Below are positions 18,552 through 29,987 of a stretch of 58,309 bases of DNA, piece after piece. The DNA comes from a bacterium. Lineage in GTDB: Bacteria > SAR324 > JACQKK01. Location: positions 1 to 58,309 of the forward strand of contig JBGOTW010000001.1 of assembly GCA_041476685.1 (NCBI GenBank), read 5' to 3'. Within the stretch, counting starts at the first letter, position 1. Each line of letters opens with the position of its first letter. The position numbers and the translations under genes are program-made. A model generated the notes under the pieces. It was not told the DNA's origin and did not search any database. It saw only the letters and a program-made list of their open reading frames with translations.

Positions 18552-19348
18552 ATACGCCGCGCAATTTTGGGTTCAGCGCCCTGCTGATGGTGCTGGTGGT
18601 GGTCGTCTGGGAGGGCGGCACGCGCCTGCTGCGCGTGCCCGTGTTCATCCTGCCGCCCCCCTCCCAGATCGCCATGGCGATGTACCGCGGCACGATGAGC
18701 GGATTGTACGAGCGGCACCTGGGCGTCACGCTGCTCGGCACGGGCCTGGGCTTCCTGACGGGCTGCATCTTCGCCTTCGTGTTGGGCACGGCGGTGGCGA
18801 TGAGCCGGCGCTTCGACTATTTCCTCTATCCGTACATCGTGATGTTCCAGGCGATGCCGAAGGTGGCGCTGGCACCCCTGATCGTCGTCTGGTTCGGGCT
18901 CGGCATCACCTCGAAGGTGGTGAGTGCCGCCCTGATCGCTTTCTTCCCGCTTATGGTCAACACGATCGTGGGCCTGCGCTCGGCCGAGGAGGATCGCATC
19001 AACCTGTTGCGATCCCTGGGTGCGAGCCAGACGCAGATCTTCTGGATGCTGCGCGTGCCCAGCGCCCTGCCGTTCATCATGGCGGGGCTGGAAGTCGCCC
19101 TCATCCTCGCCCTGATCGGCACGATCGTCGCCGAATTCGTGGGCTCCGAAGCGGGCCTGGGCATGCTCATCCAGAGCATGAACTTCACCATGGACGTGGG
19201 GGGGCAATTCTCCATCCTGATCGTGCTGGCGGTGGTGGGGCTGGTACTCAATCGCGGCATCCTGGCCCTGCGCCGGCGCGTGCTGTTCTGGGACCCTTCG
19301 GTAAAAACAGCGGCCGTGGTCGGGCCGGTGAAAGGAGAAGTCGCATGA
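18548..19348 (+). CDS. ABC transporter permease (NitT/TauT family)
   Basis: A hydrophobic polytopic protein with a BPD-transporter-like loop (..LRSAEEDRINLLRSLGASQTQIFWMLRVPSALP..). Its start and stop codons overlap the neighbouring genes. Confidence 0.85.
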   Translation: MNTPRNFGFSALLMVLVVVVWEGGTRLLRVPVFILPPPSQIAMAMYRGTMSGLYERHLGVTLLGTGLGFLTGCIFAFVLGTAVAMSRRFDYFLYPYIVMFQAMPKVALAPLIVVWFGLGITSKVVSAALIAFFPLMVNTIVGLRSAEEDRINLLRSLGASQTQIFWMLRVPSALPFIMAGLEVALILALIGTIVAEFVGSEAGLGMLIQSMNFTMDVGGQFSILIVLAVVGLVLNRGILALRRRVLFWDPSVKTAAVVGPVKGEVA

Positions 19349-20409
19349 ACCTGCGCAAATGGATCGTCCTGGCCGGGTTGGCCACCATCGTCGCGGCGGC
19401 GCCGGTCGGCGCCCAGAAGACCGTGCGTGTCGGCTGGTGCGCGCGCACGCTCAGCTCGGCGGCGGCGCCGTACGCCGTGGCGACCAAGCTGGGCTGGTTC
19501 GCCAGCGAAGGCATTGCGGTGCAACCGGTTCCGCTGCCGGGTTCGGGCGATTGCGTCAAGTTCGTCGCCACGCGGGAGATTCCGGCTGCCCTCGCCTCCA
19601 TCGAGCCCGTCCCCGCGTTCCTGGCCCAGGGGGTCAAGCTGCGCACGTATTACACGGCCTATCAGGGAAACGTGTACGGCATCGCCGTGCCGCGGGACAG
19701 CGCGATCCACAAGGTCGCGGACCTGCGCGGGAAGCGGATCGGCCTGATCTCGTTTGCCTCGGCCGGGGTGCCGGTGGCCCGGGCCCTGGTGTCGCAGGCC
19801 GGCATGGACCCGGACAAAGACGTGCAGCTGGTCGTGGCGGGGGAAGGCGCGCAGACGGCGGCCATGCTGCGCGGGGGCCAGGTGGACGCGCTCAGCCAAT
19901 TCGACACCCAGTACGCGATGGTGGAGAACGCGGGCGTGCCGCTGCGGGTGCTGGAAACGAATGAGATCGACCGCTTTCCCTCCAACGGTTTTGTTGCGCT
20001 CGAGGAGACGTTCGGCACGATGAAGAAGGAGCTCGTCTCCGTGGCGCGCGGCTACGCGAAAGGCACGATCTTCGCGATCAACAACCCGGAGGCGGCCATC
20101 CGCATCCTGTGGGAGGTCTATCCGCAGACCAAGCCCACCGGGAAGGACGAAGCGACCGCCCTGCGCGACGACATCAAGACGCTGGAAGCCCGCGCCGTGA
20201 ACTGGCGCATGACGAAGTCGGGGGCGAAGCGCTGGGGCGAGAACGTCGAGGCGAACTTCGACGCCTACTTGGCGTTCCTGCTCAAGTACGGCGTCATCAA
20301 GCAGCAGGTGAAAGCGAAGGACGTGATCACCAACGAGTGGATCGACGAGATCAACAATTTCGATCCGAAACAGATCGCCGCGCAGGCGAAAGCCTACGTG
20401 TACCATTGA
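19345..20409 (+). CDS. ABC transporter substrate-binding protein (NMT1/THI5-like, SsuA/TauA type)
   Basis: The ATG at 19345 follows AAAGGAGAAG. The Sec signal is MNLRKWIVLAGLATIVAAAPVGAQ. The fold family is inferred from operon context and segments such as LRGKRIGLISFASAG. Confidence 0.8.
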   Translation: MNLRKWIVLAGLATIVAAAPVGAQKTVRVGWCARTLSSAAAPYAVATKLGWFASEGIAVQPVPLPGSGDCVKFVATREIPAALASIEPVPAFLAQGVKLRTYYTAYQGNVYGIAVPRDSAIHKVADLRGKRIGLISFASAGVPVARALVSQAGMDPDKDVQLVVAGEGAQTAAMLRGGQVDALSQFDTQYAMVENAGVPLRVLETNEIDRFPSNGFVALEETFGTMKKELVSVARGYAKGTIFAINNPEAAIRILWEVYPQTKPTGKDEATALRDDIKTLEARAVNWRMTKSGAKRWGENVEANFDAYLAFLLKYGVIKQQVKAKDVITNEWIDEINNFDPKQIAAQAKAYVYH

Positions 20410-20968
20410 TCCCATGCCAGGCAGCGAGGCCGGACATGAAATGGCGCCCGGCATGGGCGGTGATCGCGGGTATTCTGCCGGCGTGAGTAGTTGCCGCATC
20501 ACGGAACCGATCGTTCGCGCGGGCGGGTGCTCGCGCACGATCAGCTCTGCCGACGGCCCATTCGCCATCGCCGCCGAGCCGGGCTCGGTACATGAGCGGG
20601 GCCGCGCGCTGCCACGGGTGCCGATTGGGTTCTCGGGTAGCTGCGCCAGAAAGGTGGCCGCCGGGGAAGTGGTCAGCGCGCGACTCCGCTAAGCCGGCCG
20701 CCGGAGCGTGACGGCACCATGAGGGGGCGGAGTCTCTTTTCGCCGCGCCCCGTTCCCTTGCCGCCGCCCGCTGTCACGCGATTTTCCATTGACGCGGCGG
20801 CAACGGCCGGTCTAAACCAGCACCGTTTCCTCCCTGTGCCGGTGCGCGGGCTCGTGCCGGTCCGCGGGCTATCCGCCGAGCGCCGGGCGCAGCAGGGCCG
20901 CGGTGCACCGCCGGAGCCGCGTCCGCCCGTTTCCGGCCCCGTCCCCCTCCCGCCAGGAGCGCGCGTCC

Positions 20969-21766
20969 ATGAGCAGCGACCTGATCGTCTCCGTCGAGAA
21001 CCGCGTCGGATACCTGACCCTCAACCGGCCCGAAGTGCGCAACGCCCTGTCCGAGGATATCGTGACCGGCTTGCGCGACCAGCTTGTCGCCTGGGAGCGG
21101 GACACGGCCGTGCGGGCGATCGTGCTGCGCGGCGCGGGGGAGCATTTCCAGTCGGGCGGGGACGTCAAGCGCATGGGCGCGCTGGCCGGCCTGCCGTCCG
21201 CGGAGCGCCGCGCCCTGTTCGAGCAGCGCATCCACAACCTGCACCCGGTGCTGTTCCTGATGCGCCGCATCCGCAAGCCCATCGTGGCCGGAGTGCAGGG
21301 AGCGGCCGCCGGGGCGGGCATGTCGTTCATGATGGCCTGCGACCTGGTCGTCGCCGCCGACAGCGCCTTCTTCACGCTCGCCTATGTCCACATCGGCACG
21401 AGCCCGGACGGGGGCAGTACCTATTTTCTGCCGCGCACGGTAGGGATGAAGAAGGCGATGGAGATTGCCCTGCTGGGCGACCGCTTCGACGCAAAGACGG
21501 CGCAGCAGTGGGGCCTGGTCAACTTTGTCGTCCCCGCGGACCGGCTGGCCGACGAGACCCGCAAGCTCGCCGAGCGCCTCGCCTCCGGGCCCGGTCAAGC
21601 GTTGGGCAACACCAAGCTCTTGCTCAACGGCTCGCTGGGCAACACGCTGGAGAGCCAGCTCCAGGCGGAAGGCATCAGCTTTGCCGATTGCGCCGCATCG
21701 CGCGACTGGGCCGAGGGCGTCACGGCCTTCGGCGAGAAGCGCAAGCCGCAATTCAAGGGCGAGTAG
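20969..21766 (+). CDS. Enoyl-CoA hydratase/isomerase family protein
   Basis: The ATG at 20969 follows AGGAGC. Motifs are GYLTLNRPEVRNALS, GAGEHFQSGGDVK and GAAAGAGMSFMMACDL. Confidence 0.9.
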   Translation: MSSDLIVSVENRVGYLTLNRPEVRNALSEDIVTGLRDQLVAWERDTAVRAIVLRGAGEHFQSGGDVKRMGALAGLPSAERRALFEQRIHNLHPVLFLMRRIRKPIVAGVQGAAAGAGMSFMMACDLVVAADSAFFTLAYVHIGTSPDGGSTYFLPRTVGMKKAMEIALLGDRFDAKTAQQWGLVNFVVPADRLADETRKLAERLASGPGQALGNTKLLLNGSLGNTLESQLQAEGISFADCAASRDWAEGVTAFGEKRKPQFKGE

Positions 21767-21812
21767 GCGCACGCTCCGCACCACCCTTCACCTCAAGCGC
21801 GCAGGAGATGCC

Positions 21813-23912
21813 ATGGGCACGCCAGTGACCTACACGCGGCAAGGGGCCGTGGGCGTCATCACGATCGACAACCCGCCCGTCAATGCCCTCGGTCACGCGA
21901 TGCGGCAGGGCCTGTCCGCCTGCATCCAGCAGGGAATGGCGGACGCGGGAGCCAAGGCGCTCGTGCTGATCTGCGCGGGCCGCACATTCGTGGCCGGCGC
22001 CGACATCAAGGAATTCGGAAAGCCTCTGCTGCCCCCGACGCTGCACGACATCATCGCGGCCCTCGAAGGGGCGAGCAAGCCCGTCGTGGCCGCGATCCAC
22101 GGCACGGCCTTCGGCGGCGGCCTGGAGCTGGCCCTCGCGTGCAACTACCGCTGCGGAGTCGCCGCGGCCCAGTACGGGCTGCCGGAAGTGAAACTGGGGC
22201 TGCTGCCCGGCGCGGGCGGAACGCAGCGGCTGCCGCGCCTGATCGGCCTGAAGCCCGCGCTCGACATGATCACCTCGGGCGACCCGATCGGCTCGGCCGA
22301 GGCCCTGAAGCTCGGCTTGATCGAGGAAGTGGCGAGCGGCGACCTGCTGGCGGGGGCGGTCGCGCTGGCGGCCAAGGTCGCGGACAAGCGGCCGCTGCCC
22401 TCGATCCGCACGATGCCCTCGCGCATCGGAGCCGCGGCGGCCAATGCCGCGCTGCTGGCCGAGGCGCGCAAGGAGGTGGCCAAGCGGGCGCGCGGGAACG
22501 AGGCGCCGCTGCGCTGCCTGGAGGCCGTTGCGGCCGCCGTCAGCCTCGGCCTGGACGACGGCCTGAAGAAGGAGCGCGACCTGTTCATCGCCGCCATGGC
22601 GAGCCAGCAGTCCGCGGCCCTGCGCTACGTGTTCTTCGCGGAGCGGGAGGCGGCGAAGATCCCGGACCTGCCCAAGGATGCGGGCGCCCTGGACGTCAAG
22701 CGCGGCGCGGTGCTGGGCGCGGGCACGATGGGCGCCGGCATCGCGATGAACTTCGCCAACGCCGGCATTTCCGTCACCCTGACGGACGTGAGCCGCGAGC
22801 TGGTGGACAAGGGTCTCGCCACGATCCGCAAGAACTACGCCTCCACCGTGTCGAAGGGCCGGCTCAGCCAGGGCGAGATGGACCGGCGCATGGGGCTCAT
22901 CACCCCGGGCGTGGGCATCGAGGCCTGCACCCAGGCCGACCTGGTGATCGAGGCGGTGTTCGAGGAGATGCGCATCAAGAAGGAGGTCTTCAAGCAGCTC
23001 GACGAGCTGTGCCGGAAGGAGGCGATCCTGGCCACGAACACTTCCACCCTGGACGTGAACGAGATCGCGGCCTCCACGCGCCGGCCTGACCGGGTGATCG
23101 GGATGCACTTCTTCAGCCCGGCGAACGTGATGCGGTTGTGCGAGGTGGTGCGGGGGTCGAAGAGCGCCGCGCCCACGATCGCCACGGCGATGGACCTGGC
23201 GCGCCGGATGAAGAAGGTGGGCGTGTTGGTGGGCGTCTGCCACGGCTTCGTCGGAAACCGCATGCTGCACCAGTACACGCGCGAGGCGGCGTACCTGTTG
23301 GAGGAGGGCGCGCTGCCCCAGCAGGTGGACAAGGTGCTCTACGACTTCGGTCTGCCGATGGGGCCGTTCGCGATGGGCGACCTGGCTGGGCTCGACGTGG
23401 GCTGGCGGATCCGTAAGGGACTGCGCGAGCGCGGGGAGCTGCCCAAGGGGCGCTACGCGGGCAACGTCGCGGACAAGCTGGCCGAGCAGGGGCGCTTCGG
23501 GCAGAAGACGGGGGCCGGGTACTACAAGTACGAGTCCGGCAGCCGCACGCCCATCCCCGATCCGCTAGTGGAGGAGCTGATCGTGAAGGAGTCGAAGGCG
23601 CAGGGCTTCCAGCGCCGCAAGATCGGCGACGAGGAGATCCTGGCGCGCTGCATCTATCCGATGATCAACGAGGGCGCCAAGATCCTGCAGGAAGGGATCG
23701 CGATCCGGGCCAGCGACATCGACACGATCTGGATCAACGGCTACGGTTTCCCCGCCTACCGCGGCGGGCCGATGTTCTACGCGGACGCGGTCGGCGTGAA
23801 GAACGTGCACGACGCGATCGCGAAATTCCGCGCCGAGCACGGGGACGTGTGGGAGCCGGCGGCGCTGCTCACGCGTCTGGCCGGGCAGGGCAAGGGATTT
23901 CTCAGCCCGTGA
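21813..23912 (+). CDS. Fused enoyl-CoA hydratase / 3-hydroxyacyl-CoA dehydrogenase (FadB/FadJ-like)
   Basis: The N-terminal half is a crotonase (GVITIDNPPVNALG, FVAGADIKEF, GTAFGGGLELALAC). The central part has an NAD-binding motif (GAGTMGAGIAMNFANAGISVTL) and 3HCDH C-terminal domains. Confidence 0.9.
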   Translation: MGTPVTYTRQGAVGVITIDNPPVNALGHAMRQGLSACIQQGMADAGAKALVLICAGRTFVAGADIKEFGKPLLPPTLHDIIAALEGASKPVVAAIHGTAFGGGLELALACNYRCGVAAAQYGLPEVKLGLLPGAGGTQRLPRLIGLKPALDMITSGDPIGSAEALKLGLIEEVASGDLLAGAVALAAKVADKRPLPSIRTMPSRIGAAAANAALLAEARKEVAKRARGNEAPLRCLEAVAAAVSLGLDDGLKKERDLFIAAMASQQSAALRYVFFAEREAAKIPDLPKDAGALDVKRGAVLGAGTMGAGIAMNFANAGISVTLTDVSRELVDKGLATIRKNYASTVSKGRLSQGEMDRRMGLITPGVGIEACTQADLVIEAVFEEMRIKKEVFKQLDELCRKEAILATNTSTLDVNEIAASTRRPDRVIGMHFFSPANVMRLCEVVRGSKSAAPTIATAMDLARRMKKVGVLVGVCHGFVGNRMLHQYTREAAYLLEEGALPQQVDKVLYDFGLPMGPFAMGDLAGLDVGWRIRKGLRERGELPKGRYAGNVADKLAEQGRFGQKTGAGYYKYESGSRTPIPDPLVEELIVKESKAQGFQRRKIGDEEILARCIYPMINEGAKILQEGIAIRASDIDTIWINGYGFPAYRGGPMFYADAVGVKNVHDAIAKFRAEHGDVWEPAALLTRLAGQGKGFLSP

Positions 23913-23940
23913 GCTCCGCCCTGTCAGTGAGCCTCGCTCC

Positions 23941-24921
23941 GTGACTCGGATTTCCGCGACGCCGATTCCGAAATTCGTCGACCTGCCCCGTCCCGACGAT
24001 TCCGGACTGCCGCGCTCCTGGCAGGTGTGGGGCCCGGACGACCAGCTCGGCACGATGAACCACATCGCGCCGGAGACGGCCGCCGCGGCGTGCCGGCTGG
24101 TGCGGCGGGGCGTGCGCTTCAACCTGGACCTGCCGCTGCACTTGCCCTACAGCCTCATCAGCGAGGGCTTCCTCATGCAGCGCCGCGCCCCCGTGCACGG
24201 GCTGGACAAGCTCGACTTCAGGACCCTGCATGTCCGCGACGACAAGCTCGATGGCTTCTACCTGCAGGGCTCGACCCAGTGGGACGGCCTGACGCATGTG
24301 GGCTCGCCCCAGTACGGGTTCTACAACGGCGTGCGCGCGGACCAGATCACGTTCGGGCCCGATACGCGCAACGGCATCGAGCACCTTGCCGAGTTCGGGA
24401 TCGTGACGCGCGGCGTGCTCGTGGATGTGCCGCGCTACTGCGCGCGGATCGGGCGGCAGTGGGATCCGTTCCGGCGCGACGTGCTGAGCGCGGCGGACCT
24501 GGGCGATTGCCTCGCGCGGCAGGCCGTCACGCTGCAGCCCGGCGACATCCTGCTGCTGCGCTACGGATGGATCGCCGCGTTCCTGAACGAGCCGGACCCG
24601 GCGCGGCGCAACCGCATCTTCAAGGAGGAGCTCTTCGCGGGCCTGTCCGGGCATATGGAGACGTGGGAGTTCCTCTGGGATCACCGCATCGCGGCGGTGG
24701 CCGGGGACAACCCGACCTGCGAGGCGTCGCCGATGGAGAAGGGCAAGAACCTGCACCTGGCCATCGCCCGGCTGGGGCTGACGATCGGGGAATTCTTCGC
24801 CCTCGACGCCCTGGCCGAGGACTGCGCGCGGGACGGGCAATACGTCTTCCTGCTCACCTCATCGCCCCTGAACCTGCGCGGCGGAGTCGGCTCGCCGGCC
24901 AACGCGATCGCGGTGAAGTGA
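23941..24921 (+). CDS. Putative cyclase-family (kynurenine-formamidase-like fold) protein
   Basis: GTG start. WGPDDQLGTMNHIAPETAAAACRLVRRGVRFNLDLPL and GSTQWDGLTHVG resemble proteins annotated as cyclase family. Function is not assignable from sequence. Confidence 0.7.
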   Translation: MTRISATPIPKFVDLPRPDDSGLPRSWQVWGPDDQLGTMNHIAPETAAAACRLVRRGVRFNLDLPLHLPYSLISEGFLMQRRAPVHGLDKLDFRTLHVRDDKLDGFYLQGSTQWDGLTHVGSPQYGFYNGVRADQITFGPDTRNGIEHLAEFGIVTRGVLVDVPRYCARIGRQWDPFRRDVLSAADLGDCLARQAVTLQPGDILLLRYGWIAAFLNEPDPARRNRIFKEELFAGLSGHMETWEFLWDHRIAAVAGDNPTCEASPMEKGKNLHLAIARLGLTIGEFFALDALAEDCARDGQYVFLLTSSPLNLRGGVGSPANAIAVK

Positions 24922-24949
24922 CGCGCACCGGCCTCGCCCGGCGGGGCGC

Positions 24950-25207
24950 TCATTCGTCCGGGCCGCCTTCGCCCACGTACACCTTGAAGCCGTCCTCCAG
25001 GATGCCGCGCAGGCGGGGATCGTTCTTGCGCGTGGCGGCCAGACACTGCACGCAGGTGCAATTCGTGAAGTGCGTCTTCTGGAACTTCTTGAGCTTGAGC
25101 CGCGTCAGGTCCTTGCCGTCATCCTGCAATTCGCGTAGCACCTTTTCGACCTGCTTCATTGCCAGGTCGAGCACGGCCTTCTTGCGCGGGTCTCGGCCGA
25201 ACGCCAT
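24950..25207 (-). CDS. Small basic hypothetical protein (85 aa) with a CxCxxC cluster
   Basis: The ATG at 25207 lies 8 nt downstream of AGGAGA on the minus strand. Translation is MAFGRDPRKKAVLDLAMKQVEKVLRELQDDGKDLTRLKLKKFQKTHFTNCTCVQCLAATRKND.. I do not recognise the family. The composition is protein-like. Confidence 0.5.
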   Translation of the reverse strand: MAFGRDPRKKAVLDLAMKQVEKVLRELQDDGKDLTRLKLKKFQKTHFTNCTCVQCLAATRKNDPRLRGILEDGFKVYVGEGGPDE

Positions 25208-25420
25208 GGTCGGAGTCTCCTGCACGAGCGGAGCCCGGAGGGGCCGGGTAACCTGCAGCGCGGCCCGGGTTGGGCGGCGCCGGTTTTCGGCGGCCCAGCA
25301 TGGGCGGTGCCGGCCTCCCGCGGCCCGTCCGGGCTGCCCAGGCCGCCGCGCCGGGGATGCCGCGCCCCCGCTCCAAGCTAATCACGTCACGCCTCGCTTG
25401 CCCAGCCGCCGAGTCCAGCG

Positions 25421-26299
25421 ATGATCCTGATGTCCGGGGCCGAGGTGGCCGAGAGCCTGGAGCGCCGCCTGAAGGACGAGGTGGGCGCCCTGCGCGGGCG
25501 GGGCTGCGAGCCGACGCTGGCGGTGCTGCTGGTGGGCGACAATCCCGCCTCGCAGAGCTACGTGCGGGCCAAGCTCAAGACGGCCGAGCGCGTCGGCATT
25601 CATACGCGTCACTTCGAGCTGCCCCAGTCGGTCACGCAGGCCGAGCTGCTGGAGCGCGTGCGCGAGTTGAACGGGGACCGGCAGGTGCACGGCATCCTCT
25701 GCCAGCTTCCCCTGCCGGCGCACCTCAACGCCGAAGAGGCGGTGCAGCAGATCGCGCCGCTGAAGGACGTGGACGGGCTGACCGCGGCGAGCATGGGACT
25801 GCTGGCACTGGGAGCGCCGCGCTTCATCCCGTGCACGCCCGCCGGAATCCTCGAGATGCTGCGCTTCTACAGGCTCCCCGTCGCGGGCAAGACCGCGGTC
25901 GTCATCGGCCGGAGCAACATCGTGGGCCGTCCCATCTCCATCCTGCTCTCCCAGCGCGACTGGAACGCGACCGTGATGCTGTGCCACTCCAAGTCGCAGC
26001 ATCTGGCGGAGTGGACGCGCCGCGCGGACCTGCTCGTGGCGGCCGTGGGGATTCCCGAGTTCGTGACCGGAGACATGGTGCGGGAGGGCGCGGTGGTCGT
26101 GGACGTGGGGATCAATCGCGTGCCCGATCCCGGCCGGCCGAAGGGCTACCGGCTGTGCGGCGACGTGAACCACGACCAGGTCGCGCCGAAGTGCCTCGCC
26201 CTCACCCCCGTCCCCGGCGGCGTGGGCCCGATGACCGTGACGATGCTGATGGACAACACGGTCAAGGCCGCGCGTCTGCAGCAGGGCCTCGCCCCGTAA
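25421..26299 (+). CDS. folD: Bifunctional 5,10-methylene-tetrahydrofolate dehydrogenase / methenyl-THF cyclohydrolase
   Basis: [49 protein letters not shown] and [14 protein letters not shown] are FolD hallmarks. Confidence 0.95.
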   Translation: MILMSGAEVAESLERRLKDEVGALRGRGCEPTLAVLLVGDNPASQSYVRAKLKTAERVGIHTRHFELPQSVTQAELLERVRELNGDRQVHGILCQLPLPAHLNAEEAVQQIAPLKDVDGLTAASMGLLALGAPRFIPCTPAGILEMLRFYRLPVAGKTAVVIGRSNIVGRPISILLSQRDWNATVMLCHSKSQHLAEWTRRADLLVAAVGIPEFVTGDMVREGAVVVDVGINRVPDPGRPKGYRLCGDVNHDQVAPKCLALTPVPGGVGPMTVTMLMDNTVKAARLQQGLAP

Positions 26300-26483
26300 T
26301 GGCCGTACCCGGTGCGCAGCGGCGCGCGGAAAGCGCGGTTGTTTCGGCACCAGCGACCCGTTACGATGGCGCGCTGGAACTGCACGCCTGACGCCGGCGG
26401 GGCGATATGCGCCTGATTTGCACCGAATTGCAGCGAATCGCCCGCGGCCCGGACCGGCAACACCGCCAGGAGAGCCATCCGCC

Positions 26484-28739
<2,256 letters not shown>

Positions 28740-28757
28740 CAGGGCCCCGGCCGGACC

Positions 28758-29966
28758 TCATATCACGCCCGCCCGTTCCAGCTCCTCGAGTTCCGCCGCG
28801 CTCAGGCCCAGCAGCCCGCCATAGACCGCGCCATTGTCCGCGCCCAGCTCCGGCCCGAGCTGCTCGATCCGGGCCGGGGTCCGGGACAGCCGCGGCACGG
28901 GCGCCGGCACCGTGATCTCGCCCACCCTTGCGTCCTTGACCGTCTGCAGGTTGCCCCGCGCCGCGTAGTGCGGATCGGCGAAGATCTCGGCGATGTCGTA
29001 GATCGGGCCGCACGGCACCTCCCCGGCGGCGCAGCGGCGCAGCACCTCGTCCCGGGTCAGGCTCCCCGTCCACTCGGCGACGAGGCGGTTGACCTCCGCG
29101 CGCCGCTCGACCCGCCGCGCCACCTGGCCGAATGCCTCGGGCGCCGCCAGCTCCGGCCGCCCCATCGCCTCCGCCAGGCGCTGGAACATCTTGTCGCTCG
29201 TCGCGGCGAGCGCGACCCACTTCCCGTCCCGCGTCGGATAGTGGCTGTGGGGCACGGCGTTGACCGTATCGGCGCCCATGCGCTGGCGCACAAAACCGTC
29301 GCGCGCGTAGGCCGGCGCCAGCTCGTCGAGCAGGCGGAACATGGGCTCGTAGAGCCCGATGTCGATCACCTGGCCCTGCCCCGTGCGCTCCTTCACGCGC
29401 AGCGCCAGCAGCACGCCCAGCGCGCCGTAGAGGCCCGAGGCGTAGTCGGCGAGGGAGGTCGAGCCGGGCATCAGCGGCGGTCCGTCCGGCATCCCCACCA
29501 GGTGGCTCAGGCCGCAGAATCCGTGGGCGATGCGCGCGAAGCCGGGATCGTTGCGCTTCGGGCCGGTCTGCCCATAGCCGGAGATGCGCAGCAGCACCAG
29601 GCCGGGATGGATCTCCGCCAGCGTCTCGTAGCCCAGGCCCCAGCGCTCCAGCGTCCCCGGACGGAAGTTCTCCACGACGACGTCCGCCTCGCGCGCAAGC
29701 CGCTTGAACAGCTCCGCGCCTTGGGGCTTGCGCAGGTCGAGGGTGATGCAACGCTTGTTGCGCGTCTCGCTCAGCCACACGAGCGTGTCGCCGGAGGGCG
29801 TAGCGGGCGTGCCGAACTTGCGCAGCGGATCGCCCGTGCCTGGCTGCTCGATCTTGATGACCTCGGCGCCGAACTCGCCCAGCGTGGACGCGCAGAACGG
29901 TCCGGCGAGGAATGTGGCCAGGTCGAGGACGCGCACGCCCGCGAGCGGCTGGGGCAGGTCAGGCAT
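28758..29966 (-). CDS. Class III (CaiB/BaiF-type) CoA-transferase
   Basis: PLAGVRVLDLATFLAGPFCASTLGEFGAEVIKIEQP, NKRCITLDLRKPQG and VVENFRPGTLERWGLGYE are typical family III CoA-transferase segments. Confidence 0.9.
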   Translation of the reverse strand: MPDLPQPLAGVRVLDLATFLAGPFCASTLGEFGAEVIKIEQPGTGDPLRKFGTPATPSGDTLVWLSETRNKRCITLDLRKPQGAELFKRLAREADVVVENFRPGTLERWGLGYETLAEIHPGLVLLRISGYGQTGPKRNDPGFARIAHGFCGLSHLVGMPDGPPLMPGSTSLADYASGLYGALGVLLALRVKERTGQGQVIDIGLYEPMFRLLDELAPAYARDGFVRQRMGADTVNAVPHSHYPTRDGKWVALAATSDKMFQRLAEAMGRPELAAPEAFGQVARRVERRAEVNRLVAEWTGSLTRDEVLRRCAAGEVPCGPIYDIAEIFADPHYAARGNLQTVKDARVGEITVPAPVPRLSRTPARIEQLGPELGADNGAVYGGLLGLSAAELEELERAGVI

Positions 29967-29987
29967 GGAGGCTCCGCAGGGCAAAAT

